In this document: positions 25,750 through 41,408 of the stretch, one piece after another | How the letters are laid out: every line of letters begins with the position of its first letter | Numbering within the stretch: position 1 is the stretch's first letter | Assembly: GCF_009914755.1 (NCBI RefSeq) | Contig: NC_060930.1 | DNA: 64,000 bases | DNA from: the human T2T-CHM13v2.0 reference genome, Homo sapiens | Strand: one strand, 5' to 3' | The notes under the pieces: model-generated | Told to the model about the DNA's origin: nothing | Database searches by the model: none | What the model saw: only the letters and a program-made list of their open reading frames with translations | Position numbers and translations under genes: made by a program

Positions 25750-26055
25750 TTTTCTTTTTTTTTTTTGAGACAGAAGTTCTCTCTGTTGCCCAGGCTGGAG
25801 TGCAGTGACACGACCTTGCTCACTGCACTCCACCTCCCAGGCTCAAGTGATTCTCTTGCCTGAACCTTCTGAGTAGCTGGGACTACAAAAATTACAGGGC
25901 ACGTGCCACCACACTCTGCTAATTTTTGAATTTTTAGTAGAGATGGGGTTTCACCATGTTGGCCAGGTTGGTCTCGAACTCCTGACCTCAGGTTATCTGT
26001 CCTCCTCGTACTTCCAAAGTGTTGGGATTGCAGGCGTGAGCCACGGCACCTGGCC
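25750..26055 (-). mobile_element. AluS (Sx/Sz-like)
   Basis: Full dimer with poly(T) and approximate TSD TAATTTTT. Confidence 0.92.
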
Positions 26056-26442
26056 TAATTTTTCTTTCCACTGGGTAACTTTAATCTGAGTATCGATTTT
26101 TTTAAAAAAAGGGCATTTAAGCCATTAGCTTTAAGCCAAAGAAACAAGCCTTGTCTTTTGCTACTTAAAAGCTTAATCTGATCATTCATCATAGCTAATT
26201 CCTGTTCTTAGAAAACATGCCCACCTGGCTGTTCTGAATGAAACTAGCTCAAGTCATTTTGCTTCCTATTGGCAATACCAGGGCCATTGCTTAATGAAAA
26301 AAAAAAAAAAAAGGGCGTCAGATTCACACCTGTATTCTGTGATCATATGTACTATGATTAGTACATTTGTAGTTATCACAAGCACAGATTCAAAATCACT
26401 CTTTCTTCTAAAATGCCAGTCTTGGGGAACAGCATCACTAAT

Positions 26443-27245
26443 TTTTATTTTTAATTTTTGTGGGTACATGGTAGATATATATGTTTATGGATTACATGAG
26501 ATACATTAATACAGGCATGCAATATGTAATAATCACATCAGGGTAAATAGGGTATTACCTCAAGCATTTATCCTTTGTGTTTCAAATAATACAATTATAC
26601 TCTTTTAGTTATTTTTAAACAAACAATTAAATTACTTTTTACTATAGTCACCTTGTTGTGCTAGCAAATACTAGGTCTTATTTGTTCTTCCTATTTTTTT
26701 GTGCCCTTTTTCCATCCTCCCCCTTCCCAGGCCCACCCTTGGCTATCCTACCCTGCCTCTGGTAACTATCATTCTACTCTCTATCTCCATGAGTTCAATT
26801 GTTTAATTTGTAGCTCCTACAGATAAGTGAGAATATATGAAGTTTGTTTTTCTGTACCTGGCTTATTTAGCTTAATATAATGACCCCCAGTTCCATCCAT
26901 GTTGTTGAAAATGACAGAGTATGGTTCTTTTTATGGCTGTATAGTACTCTATTCTGTGAGTGTACCACATTTTCTTTATCCGTTTGTCTGTTGATGGACA
27001 CTTAGATTGCTTCCAGAGTTTGGCTATTGTGAATAGTGCTACAATAAACACGGGAGTGCAGATATCCCTTAGATATACTGATTTCCTTACTTTTGGGTAT
27101 ATACCTAGAAGTGGAATGGCTGAATCATATGTTAGCTCTATTTTTAGTTTTTTGAGGAACCTCCCACCTGTTCTCCTTAGTGATTGTACTAATTTACATC
27201 CCCACCAAGAGTGTATGAGGGTTCTCTTTTTTCCACATTTTTGCC
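26443..27245 (-). mobile_element. L1MA 3' end
   Basis: TTTTTAATTTTTGTGGGTACAT...CCTCAAGCATTTATCCTTTGTG, antisense L1MA 3'UTR and ORF2 end. Confidence 0.88.
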
Positions 27246-27505
27246 CACATGGGAAGCATCATTTTAATGTTTGTACTAATGTCATCTACCAGAGAGACCA
27301 AATGTGTAAAATAGTTCTCCCTGCGTTATTAACTCAAACCAGGATTAAACTCCACATAATGGTGGCGTGTCGCTGGGGAGAGAAGGAAAGCAGACCTGCA
27401 AAGGTTGCCACCTGCAGGCTGTCCCTGGTCTTTGAAGGGCAGTGCCTGGTCAGCAGAGGAGCATCCCTGCCTCCTTATTTCCACAGAGTGACAATCAGAG
27501 TCAGT

Positions 27506-27696
27506 TTTCTTTTTTCTTTTTTTCCCTTAACTTTTAAGTTCCGGGGTACATGTGCAGGATGTGCAGGTTCGTTACATAGGTAAATGTGTGACATGGTGGT
27601 TTGTTGCACAGATCATGCCATCACCTAGGTATGTGCCCACTATCCATTAGCCATTCTTCCTGATGCTCTCCCTCCCCCTACAACCCCTCTGCCCCC
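27506..27696 (-). mobile_element. Old L1PA 3'-terminal fragment
   Basis: AACTTTTAAGTTCCGGGGTACATGTGCAGG...GTTACATAGGTAAA. Confidence 0.85.
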
Positions 27697-28546
27697 ATGC
27701 TTTCTTCCTGCTTTATTTGCTTGTTTTGGAGAATGAACTCCATGAAGGCAGGAATTGCTTTTCATACATTTGTTTCCTTGTGAAATAATTTGCTTGACAC
27801 ATTTCTCTATTGATTTGGCTTGATTAATGATCTTAAGTGCCACCTAGTTTGTACCATAGCATAACGGCCAAACATTTTTATATCTCCAGTTACTAGAGCC
27901 ACATCAGAATTGAATCCCAGACCCCAACACTCCCAGTTTCTTTTGTCGTCTGTCAATAGGCTGGTGTTACCAATGATTTTCTTGAGTATTTACACTTGGG
28001 GTTCAGGATAGGTGGGATGTTATAGAAGGACTGACCTGCCTAGACACAGAGAGGAGTCAAGTAACAAAATTAAAGAATAGCATTGGGTATAAAAAGTGTA
28101 TTGATTGATTAAGACAAAATGATACATCCAGAAAGAGCTAAAACATAAACAAAAGTTAAATAATAAAATTAAACTTAAGATGAGAAGTCACACAGCACAG
28201 AATTAAGTGCTAAACTATGAGAAATTGGTAAGATGTAAACAAATGGAGAAGATTAAGGACTACATTTCTGAACATTTCTGGTAGACAGACTGGAGTGAGC
28301 TAAGGCAAGAAGGAGGGTGGTTGTCCTCTTATTTAACTGGTTTCCCAGTCTCAGTCTCCTGGTTCTTCTTTCTCTCCTTGACTTCTAAAGGCTGAATCTT
28401 CAGATCTCTTCTCTTCGGTACTTTATATATCCTGATATCCTAGGTGATGCCATGCAGGTCCACTGATTTAAATGTCATTTATATACCGAAAGTCCCTAAT
28501 TTTTCCTGCCAACCCAGAATACCCCCCTGACTTGGATACCCAATTC

Positions 28547-28621
28547 CATTTATTTATTTATTTATTTGGAGGTTGGGTCTTGCTCTGTCATCCAGGCTGG
28601 AGTGCACTGGTGTGATCATGG
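28547..28621 (-). mobile_element. Severely 5'-truncated Alu (3' 55 nt plus (TTTA)n tail)
   Basis: TCTTGCTCTGTCATCCAGGCTGGAGTGC...ATCATGG; CCAATT on both sides. Confidence 0.8.
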
Positions 28622-28795
28622 CCAATTGCTTATTTAACATCTTTCTTTGTGCGTCTAATAGCATCTCAAAGCTATACAATATATATACTAAACTGAACTT
28701 TTGATTTCCTACCTCCCACCTCTAAAAATTACTCCCCAGATCATTTAATAGAAATTCCATTCTTTCAGTTGCTCAGATAAAAGAATCTTAAAGTT

Positions 28796-28875
28796 GTGCC
28801 TATCTTCTCTTTTTCTCCCTTATCCTGCATTGAACGTGCCTATCTTCTCTTTTTCTCCCTTATCCTGCATTGAAC
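28796..28875. repeat. Perfect 40-bp tandem duplication
   Basis: GTGCCTATCTTCTCTTTTTCTCCCTTATCCTGCATTGAAC twice. Confidence 0.97.
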
Positions 28876-29184
28876 CCATCAACAATCCTGCCCTCTCCTC
28901 TTTCAAAATATATCCAGAATCTGACCACTTCTCATCTCCCCGACTGCCACCATCCTGAGCCACCACCATTGCTTTTTGTTGGGATTATTACAATCACCTC
29001 GTAATTGGTTCCTTTACTTTTACCCTCAAACCTCTTATAGGGTACTCTCACACTGAACCAGAAGATCATTTTAGAATGAACATCAGGATGTGTTCTCTTT
29101 TTTTACTCAAATCCTCACATGGCTTTCTATCTCCTTCATCAGAGCAGCCTAGATCCTTACCATGGCCTCATTGGTCCCACCTGA

Positions 29185-30015
<831 letters not shown>

Positions 30016-31819
30016 TTCTTCTGGTCTCTGTTGAAGTGTCACCTCCTCGGGAACTTACCGGACTCTCCTATGGAAGACACCACTCGGGTCTCTAGGTCTC
30101 TCAGTGATTTATTTATCATATAGCCCTTACCACCACCTGCCCCATTAAATATTTCTTTGCTTGTTTAATGTCTGCTTCTCTCCACTAGAGTATACACTCC
30201 TTAAGGTCATGAACTTCATTTGTGTTGTTCAGAGCTGTACTTCTCAGTGCCCGGAATGATGCCTGAACCATAATAGGTGCTTAATAAATGCCTGCTGAAT
30301 GAATGAATGAACAATGATGATGAATAGACTGCTTTTCAGGTAGGTAAAATAATTTGCACTGGGAAGTACTGGGATATGATGTTGGAAAGTCAGAATGAAT
30401 GTAAATTGTGGTAAAAATTTATTAAAGGGAAGAGTATAGATTTTATTGTGTAAGTCACGTGTAACCATTAAAACTTCTTGAGTGGACCATTGCATGATGA
30501 ATATCAAATTTTGGGATGAGCAAGCTGGGAAACATTATAGGGTAGATTTTGAAGCTGATTGGAGATTTCTTAGTAATCCAGGCTTTAGGCCCCATGTCAT
30601 AAATGCAGGCCTTAGAAGAAACTAAATATACGTTGAAATGTACCTATCATTTCAAAGACTCACACTTTTTAAAGTGGAATAAGAATGTCTAAGTCATTGG
30701 TATCATGTTAAGGCCCAGTCTGTAGGTTTGGACAGCACCTACTTGAACACAGATACCCAGAGTGAGATAAGAAAAAAAAAATTAGCTATTGAGAGGGGAT
30801 AGTTTCCTCAGTGTTTGACACAGCTGCCTGCTAGAAACAAGAGTCCATTTTCCAGTTTCCTTCTGACCAATTACTTTAGACCAGTTGGATGGCATTTCTT
30901 ACCTGTGCTCAGCAGAATGGCCAGACGTTTCTGGAATAAAAAGTATGATCCTCAAGAGGAGAGGAGTAGAATGGGTGAGCAGTGATGAAAACTTGCCAGG
31001 GAATGTTTTCACCAGGTTGACCTCTCCATTGAAAGGGCAGTCAAGAGAGCTATGACTAAGAGGTCCAGCAGTCCTTGAGCAAAAAGGTAAAGAGAGGGAA
31101 GTATAGCCCTGGGGACTCCCTGTGCCTTTCCTCTGGAGTTTCCATGTTTTACTTAAGTGGCTGGGTTTATCCTTATAAGGTGCTCCCTTCTTAAATATTA
31201 CCCCTAGATCCTGAGATTTATCCATCTTTGACTCCAGAGATATTTATCTGCTTTCTTGAAGATCTAGAATTTCTCCAGTGTAGGAGTGACTTTCTTTCCT
31301 GACATTGGGTTTTAATAGTAGGTAAATCAGTTGGAAGAAGTTTGGTTGTCATTGTTGTCCTGTTAGAAAAAGATTCTCGTTTGAAAGTAATGCATCTTAA
31401 CCAGATATGACTGCAGTGAGAATTTTAATGATCCTATCATCATATTTTTATAAGATTAGAAAACTCCTGCTTCTGTGACACTGAATATTCAAATGCTGCC
31501 CTCTCACTGAGGCTCTCTGTGGCCTCTAACCTTATCATTAGTGATTCTGCACAGATTCACAGAGTAAGCAGTTGACCCAACAGTGATTGCAAAACATTTG
31601 GAAAATGTCTGGGAAAGTAGCCATCATTTGTTTCCTATGAAATAGTCATTTTCAATGTGAATGATGCAAAATATTAAGACAAAAGGAAAATGATTATATG
31701 AGCTACATAGAACATGTGGGAATTGGTACAGAATTTTATCATGTTTAAGAAATCTTTGACCTTAACAATTTGGAATATGGGAAAATCTAGGTTGCTCTAA
31801 AAATAAAATAGCTATGTGA

Positions 31820-32470
31820 TATATGAGTTATCAACCACGGAGTCTCAAACAAGAAAGGAGTGGACTCAAGAGATACATAGAGGGTAAAGTCAAACATATT
31901 GGTTATAGATTAGATATGGGAAATGGTGAAGGAAAAGAAGGGGGCAAAATGAGTCCTAAATTTTTGACTTGCCCAACTGGATGGAAAAGTGAACTTGCTC
32001 TGAGATATGTGCATTGGAAGAGGATTAGGTTTAAAGGGAATGATCATGAGCTGAGCATTGAACTGGCTGAGTGTAAAATCATTTGAAAGAATTCAAGTGC
32101 AGAAGTTGACGCAGCACTTCCATATACGGGTCACAAGTTCTGAGGAGAAATATGAGCTAGAATTATAAATGTGAGTCATGCATAGAAGTGAAAATGAGCC
32201 ATAAGAGAAGTGGGAGAGTGTTCAAGTCAGAAGCAATACTGAGAAGTTCCCTAAGACAAGAGACCGCATCCTTGAATTAAGAAACTGAGAGATCTTCAGA
32301 CAGGCTGGAGCAGAGTGCCTGGGCAACATGATGAGTGATGAAGAAGAAAGGGAGATTGGGGCCAGATCACGCCAGGCCCTGGAGTCTTGAAGATTTCTGA
32401 GTTTAGCCAAACAGTGATAAGAATATTGACATGGAGAGGTGATACAATCAGAGTTACTTTCAAATTATTA
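31820..32470 (-). mobile_element. L2 fragments
   Basis: GATTAGATATGGG...TTTTTGACTTG...GGGCCAGATCACGCCAGGCCCT antisense L2 motifs. Confidence 0.6.
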
Positions 32471-33699
32471 TCAAGGCGATTTATTGCATAAAGGACTAAA
32501 GATGCCATTTGTTGTCTTCTTAAGGAAGAATCTATGTGGGCACTTAGGCACATAATTCTCTAGAACCTTCTTCTTTTGGCTCCTGAGACATAACTTCTCC
32601 ATTTATGCAGTTCCACTGCCACTGTCCACAATACTATCCACACTGAAAGGAGATGGGAAAACCTTTCCTACTAATGTTGTCCTGTTTTTAGATTACAAAA
32701 TCACTATTTCTGCCTTTGGGTTCAGAAAGAAGTTCCATGAGATAGAAGAACATTTTCATTTCATATAGCAGCACTTTCAAGGTATTTTCTGGTTTACCTT
32801 GGAAGCCTGGGACTTTACTCTTCAGAGTAAATCTTTAAAGGTATAATTTCAAAATAATATATGAACATCTTATTCACAATCTCCTTGAAGTTAAGTAAAT
32901 GAATAAAATGGGTTTTAATTATTTCGTTATGAAAATCCAGTTTTCCCCATTCACTTAAAAATTAGTTTTATTAAACCCAAATATCTGAGAATTTAAAAAA
33001 GAATAATGAAAATGTTCTTCCATTTATTGAACACGTATTATATATCATATATGGTACTAAGTTCCTTTATTTATGTTTATCAAGTCCTACTGTGTGTCAG
33101 CCATTAACTCAAATAGGTAGAGTTGCCCCAACCTCTAGTGGACAATCTCCTCAGCCAAATGTCAGACAGGTATAGTCATTTACCATGCAAGAGTCTAGAA
33201 CATAGACCAACTGAAACTTAATCTATAACTTCCATCCGCAATGTTTCAGCATCATTAATGACACATTCCTCTTCTAGTCTTTCCAGATACTATTATAAAA
33301 GTGTTTGAAATATACTCTTCCACATACCTGTTTCTATCAGTGCTTTTCCATTTCATCAAGTCCATTTTTGATCATCTGGGAATGAAATCTGGTTGCTTGA
33401 ACCAGGGGAACAATTCTTTACAGGAACACTCAATCATTTATCCTAATAGGGATTTGATTTTACCTGAAATACAAAGAAACATTGCAAGAAAGGGAACAAC
33501 ATAAGGATTGGGAGGAATTCCTAATATATTATAAGTTTTCATTCTCAACATATATCATTCTCAATAAGTCATTCATTTTTTTTTTTCATTTAACTAAAAT
33601 GTAAGGAAATGCCTACTCTGCTTGGTGCACTCTAGCTCCTGAGCAGTCTAACTACCTGATGCAGAACTGATGCACAAATGGTAAACCCGGTGTGCATAC

Positions 33700-33940
33700 C
33701 ATAATAGTTAAGAGTTCTGATTTTCGAGCCAGAATGCCTGGGCATGAATTCTGACTCCAACATTTATGAGCCACATAACTTTGGACAAAATACTTAGCTG
33801 TGCCTCAGTTTCTCTCCATATATAAAATGGGGAAATATAGGGTTGTCATGAATAGCATGAATGTTATGAATAGTAAGTGACTTAATATTTACAAAATGCT
33901 TAAAAGAGTGATTGGCACAATGTAAGGGCTTGTTAAATTT
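33700..33940 (+). mobile_element. MIR SINE
   Basis: GAATTCTGACTCC...GTGCCTCAGTTTCTC...TAAAATGGGG. Confidence 0.75.
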
Positions 33941-35965
33941 AAAAAAATAATTTTTATCTGTTTCAAATAACCACAGATTTTCAAAGGCATTATTAATGGT
34001 TCTTGAAATAGAACATTTCCATCACCTGAGGGCCCGCCCTCCTCACTCATCACCCTTATGGAGCTGTAACCATAGTTTAAAAAGCTATGAGAAGGCTCTG
34101 TAATCTCAACAAGATTAGAAAGCACCATTCCTGGACTCCAAGAAAAATTTCAGATGAAATGTAGCCAATCTGGATTCGAAATGGCACTTAGATTCACTAA
34201 CTTGAATGTTTTCTCAAATTTGGGATCATGGAGATGTCTATGTGTTCCTGTGTTTTATATCTGTAGCAGTTTACTCTATGGCTTTAGAGTTCCCTTTAAA
34301 ATGAAAGTAAAATCATTCTGATGGTATATAGTATCATACCCATCTACTTTTCTTTATTTATATGTCACAATTACATAAATGTACACACAACCTTCTCTGC
34401 CAACAGCATTTGTACAGTGTGCAGAAATCTTGAAAACAGCTTTTCTGCCAGGGTTACCACAATGTCCTATTTATTTTCCACTCAGGCCTGGGAAAGTCTA
34501 CAAAGGAACACACTAGAAATTTGTGCCAAAACAGCTTAACTTGATTTAAGTCAGCCTCCTTTTCATGATCATTTTTAAAGACTAAATGTCAGTTCCTCCT
34601 CAACCTACTAAAGCGAACTACCTTTTTGTGAAGGACCATGGTCTTCAGGTGAAAATAGTCTATGGTAGGCAGTTCATGTTTGAGGTAATTTTTGAAGTAA
34701 AATGTCCCTAAAGAGGACTAAATTTACTGCAGAAGAATTGTAGAATTGTCATATGAAGGGAGATTTCAATACACAAGAAACAATATTTTCTTGTTCCACA
34801 ACGATGAAGTAATTTGCCAAGTTCAAAAATGAAATTATTTAGAAAGAGTTTAGAAATATTTTCTGACCATCCATTGTCAAGGACTTCAGCAAAATTCTCA
34901 GGAATAACATTTTTTTTCCTATTCATGGAACCTTAAGTAATTTTAGGAATCTTTGAGAAACTCCTTCTACCTCAAATTTAAACATTTAAGAAGTAACATG
35001 TCTATTTTAAATGTAATATCAAATATGTTCCAAACTCATTCACTTGATCAGTTTAGTCTAGAAGTATTCACAGTATTCACTTGGGTTTTTAAATTTGCTT
35101 TACTTTTATGGTTTATGTCTTATCACTGTTCTAGTCTCTAACTACCTTTCAAACATTTTTTAATTTACAAAACTAAGGCCAAGTCTATACCAGCAAATTG
35201 AAGTTGAAAAGTAAGGCCCTTTGGGGGATAATTTCAAAGGAAAAATATTTTTCTAGTTACTAGCTTTTATGTATTACAGATAAATACTCTCTGATTTTCT
35301 AAGTTCTCAACTTTATGTTCAAGTTTTGACCCAGACTTCACTAGGGAGACCTGCCCTAAATCCTAGTATAATATGACAAGCTCTGTCTCACTTAAAATTC
35401 TTTATGCTAACTAAGATTCTCTTGTATTTTCAGTAGATGTGTTTCAAGTCTAATTATAACTGCAATATTTACACAAAGGTATTTTCATATGGCCCTGACT
35501 TTTTTTCAGGAAATTTATTGAAAACAAAACAAAACAAAACCTGCCAGCTTAATAAATCACCATAGGTTAAAAATGTAATAACAATACAAAAATATGAATA
35601 TACAAAATCATTCTAAGCATGTCCTAAAAAATTAGATAATGATTACTTTTTAAAATGTTTAAGTTAGATATATCTCAAGATAACTAGCTTATCTAGTTTA
35701 TTCCACCTCCTTTTCACTTTTAAATTTATATTCCCTTTATATGCCTTTGAAAAATGAGAATAAAGATGCATGTTTATTTTAACCTTTAAATTATAAACCA
35801 AAATTCTATCATTTTGCCTTTACTTCAGTGAATTCTGGCTTCCAAGTGAAAAAGAAAAAATGGTCCCTGAAATTTTGAATTTGGCCTGGCATTTGCAGCT
35901 AAGCCTTGCCTTTTTCCTGTTGTACGTAAACAGTATCAAAAATACCAACATCCTGTAAGATACAC

Positions 35966-36732
<767 letters not shown>

Positions 36733-37164
36733 ACAAGCAAGACCTTAGCTCCAGAATATGTTTTAAAACAGCTTCACTTTAGGCAGAAATAACTTTCAGC
36801 AGTTACACTGTGTGGAAAAAGTCCAAATCCCTTGTTGGAATCCTTCTAATCAATTCATGATAGTTTAATGAAAAACTTGTATTTCTTATAACTCTTTATG
36901 AAAAAGAGAACCAGGACCTCATACTAGCTAGGCCTTTTTACCCTTGTTTAGATCTCTGTGAGAAATGCCCCACAGATACATGGGCAAAGATGAGGTGAAC
37001 CTACAAGGACTATTTGAAAGTCCGAAAGAGTGCCTCCAACCATCTTCAGGAGAGGAGGGATTGACCTGGTTGTCCAAGCGTCCATGGTCCTAATGTAGAC
37101 GTTTGTGTAGCAGGGTGGGGCAGGAGGATTTCATTTTTCCTAACTTTGGTACATGGTAAAAATT

Positions 37165-37295
37165 ATCTTCCCCCCTCCCTCCCTCCCTCCCTCCTTCCCT
37201 CTCTTCCTTTTTTTGTTTCTTCCTCCATCTTTTATCTTTATCTGTCTCCCTTCCTCTCTCCTTCTCCAACTTCCTTCCCCTTTCCGCTTTCCTTT
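37165..37295. repeat. Pyrimidine-rich low-complexity tract ((CCCT)n)
   Basis: Visible directly. Confidence 0.85.
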
Positions 37296-37296
37296 A

Positions 37297-37574
<278 letters not shown>

Positions 37575-39270
37575 TCAAAAAATATACAAATGTGATTGGT
37601 AGCAGAGTAGCTGAATGATTTCTCATCATTTAAAAAATGTATGTTGAAATACTTTCAATTATTTGGTTTTATAACTTCTAATAAAAAAAATACCGGTTTA
37701 CTAAAACTAGCCTCTCCTTTAGGCTCTTCCGTTTCTTGAACAAACACACCTCTTTCAATTTACACTTTAGAGTGGTGTAAATTGTTTTAATATGCATATG
37801 GAGGTAATAGGATTCAAAGTCAAAGAAAAGTGAAGCTGTTCTGTTTCTTCTTTGCAGCCTGGGCTGCTGCATCTTCTTTAAGAACACCTCACCAATGCAC
37901 TTTAGATAAGAGTGTTGAGTCCATTAGCAAGGCACAGAGCAGATTCTCCCTGTGTCTTTTCACAGGGCTCAGATTTCATTCTGTGCCAGGAGTTATACAT
38001 CACTCTCAATGGTGTGTCTCCAGAGCTGACTGAGGAAAGTGCAGAAAAACTACCGTTAACAAGGGAGTAATTACATTCAGCCTAAATTAATTATTGGCCG
38101 CTCAGGACTGGTGAACAAGGGCCACACAGATGGCCTCTGACTCAGTTCCCACCTTTGAGGAAAGAAATATTCCAATATGGTGCACATGACTGCATAAGAT
38201 AACAAGAGGCAGGCTATTTCTGGTCTACTGGTCTTGAAGTTACCATATCTGTTAATATGACATGGGGCTTATTTGCGTTAACACTGTAGGTACATTGTAT
38301 TTTTTAGGGAAAAAAATGAATGATAGTCACTTGGGACGGAGGTCATTTCACGGCAGTCAGCATTAGGACCAGCAAAGTCAAGCCAGGGACCTTTAAAATG
38401 CAATTCAGTCGAAAGAACAGGTCATGGATCAGTGAACAGGTGATGGAAGGTGTTCGTGAGGAATTCAGATTAGCAAAAAATACAAACAAACCACAAGAAT
38501 CAGGGAAGAGAGAAATCAGGACAACCTGGAGAGCAGGAAGCCAAGGTCTTGGCAGGGTGGCAAGGATGACACTGATAGGACCTGGAGACTATGCGCCATG
38601 CAGGCAAGAACTATGATTCTCATTTACTCTGTGTCCTCAGAAGCCAGCACAGTTGGCACACACCACATGTCGGTAAACTTTTGTTGAATTAATCAGTCAA
38701 TTTCATCTATTAATCATTTATGAAATATCATGCTCTTGCTAGAGATCTACATAGAATTAGTTCAACTTAATAAATATTTTAGAGTTCCTACTCTGTACTA
38801 GGCACTGTGATAGATACTAGAAAATAGTATATAAGGCAGGCTCCTGTCCTCAAGGTATTTGCAATATAGTGTCTGAGGCTGAATGTAAAAAGTAATTATT
38901 AGTCATTATGATAACAGTAATAATAGAAGTATGGAGATGATAAGTGGCTGAACAAAAAAACTACCTATTGGTGCTGTCAGGGAGGAGCTGCCCAGAAGCT
39001 GTTTTAAAGTATATACAGGTAGGAGTTGATTGGATGGAAAGTGGGGGAAAAGCACAGTAGGAAAAAGAAATATTATATATACAGGCAGAGGGACCCAAAC
39101 AACATAGCAAGCTCATGGAAGAAACAGCTCAATGTTGCTGGAGAGCAAGCAATCTGCAAAAAAATCAAGAAAGTAATCTGATTTACAATAGCTACAAATA
39201 AAATAAAATACCTAGGATTTCACTTCTTATCCAAAAAAAGTGAAAGATCTCTACAATTAAAACTATAAAA

Positions 39271-39838
39271 TCCATCAACGGATAAATGGATAAAGAAAAT
39301 GTGGTACTTACAGACAATGGAGTACTATTCAGTCATAAAAAAAGAATGAGATGCTGTCATTTGCAACAACCTGGATAGAACTGGAGGTCATGATACTAAG
39401 TGAAATAAAGCAGGCACAGAAAGACAAACATCACGTGTTCTCACTTATTTGTGGGATCTAAAAGTCAAAACAATTGAATGTGTGGTGGTAGAGAGTAGAA
39501 GGGCGGTTATTAGAGACTGGGAAGAATAGTGGGTGGGTGGTGGTGGAGAGGTGGGGATGGCTAAAGCATATAAAAATATAGGAAGAATGAATAAGACCTT
39601 GTATTTGATACCACAACAGGGTTACTATAGTCAATAATAATTTAATTGTACGTTTTAAAATAACTTAAAGTATAATGGGGTTGTTTGTCACACAAAGGAT
39701 AAATGCTTGAGGGAACAGATACCCCATTTTACATGATATGATTATTACACATTTCATGTCTATATCAAAACATCTCATGTACCCCATAAATATATATATC
39801 TATATACCCACAAAATTAAAATTAAATATTAAAAAAAG
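39271..39838 (+). mobile_element. Second L1MA 3' end nested in the first
   Basis: 3'UTR and A-tail; TSD AAAACTRTAAAA at 39259-39270 and 39839-39850. Confidence 0.9.
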
Positions 39839-40986
39839 AAAACTGTAAAACAGTGATGAAAGAAATGGAAGCGTACAAAAAAATGAAAAGACATTCCATG
39901 TTGATGGATTAGAAGAATCAATATTATTAAAATATTCATGCTACCCAAAGCAATCTATAGATTCAATGCAAGCCTGTCAAAATACTAATGACATTCTTTA
40001 TAGAAATAGAAAAAAATCCTAACATTTATATGGAACTGCAAAAGATGCAGAATAGCCAAAACTAGCCTTAGCAAAAGAATTAAATTGGAAGAATCACACT
40101 ACTTGACTTCAAATTATACTACAGAGTTATAGTAATCAAAACAACAAAATACTGGGTTTAAAAACAGACACATAGACAGTGAAACAGAATAGAGAACCTG
40201 GAAACAAACTCATACATCTACATTGAACTCCTTTTTGACAAAGGTGCCAAGAATATTCACTGGGAAAAATTTCTTTCATAAATGGTACTGGGAAAACTTA
40301 TATCCATATGTATGAGAATGAAACTAGACTCCTATCTCTGGCCATATACAAAAAACACCAAACAAGTAAAAATTGATTGGAGACCTAAATGTAAGACCTC
40401 AAACTATGAAACTACTAAAAGAAAACATTGGGGAAACTCTCTGGGACACTGGACTGGACAAACATTTCTTGAGTAATACTCCACAAGCACAGGCAACTAA
40501 AGTAAAAGTGTACAAATGGGATCACATTAAGATAAAAAGCTTCTGCACAGTAAAGGAAACAATTAACAAAGTGAATAGAACCAGCAAAATGGAAGAAAAT
40601 ATTGCAAACTATCCATCTGACAAGGGTTAATAACTAGAATATATAGAAGCTCAAGCAGCTCAATAGGAAAGAAATCTAATATTATAATTTTAAAATGGGC
40701 AAAAGATATGAATAGATATTTCTCAAAAGAAGACATATAAATGGCAAAAAGTGTATGAAAAGATGCTCAATATTGTTGATCATCAGAGAAATGCAAATCC
40801 AAACTACAATGAGATATCTCACCCCAGTTAAAATGGCTTTTATTCAAAAGGCAGGCAATAACAAATGCTGGCAAGGATGTGGAGGAAAAGGAACCGTCGT
40901 ACACTGCTGGTAGGAATATAAAGTAGTACAACCTTTATGGGGAACTGTCTGTGTTCCTCAAAAAACTAAAGATAGAGCTACCATAT

Positions 40987-41408
40987 TGTATTAGTCCATT
41001 CTTGCACTGCTATAAAGAAATACCTGAGACTCTAGGTAATTTATAAAGAAAAGAGGTTTAATTGGCTCACGCTTCTATAGGCTGTACAGGAAGCATGGCA
41101 GCATCTGCTTCTGGGGAGGCCTCAGGGAGCTTTTACTCATGGCAGAAGGCAAAGTGGGAGAAAACATCTTATATGACAGGAGCAGGACCAACAGGTGGCA
41201 GGAAGGTGTATGCTACACATTTTTAAACAACTGGATCTCATGATAACTCACTCATTATCACAAGAGCAGCACTGAGGGGATGATGCTAGACCATTCATGA
41301 AGGATCCACCCCCATGATCCAATCACTGCCCATGAGGCCCCACCTCCAACACTGAGGATTACAAGTGAATATGAGATTTGGGTGGGAACACAGATCCAAA
41401 CCATATCA
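40987..41408 (-). mobile_element. MSTA-like solo LTR
   Basis: TGTATTAGTCC...CCAAACCATATCA with perfect 5-bp TSD CATAT. Confidence 0.93.

Noticed and set aside
26960-27583. 207-aa ORF
   Set aside because: Antisense reading of L1MA running through a spacer into another L1 fragment; GTG start and no recognisable domain.
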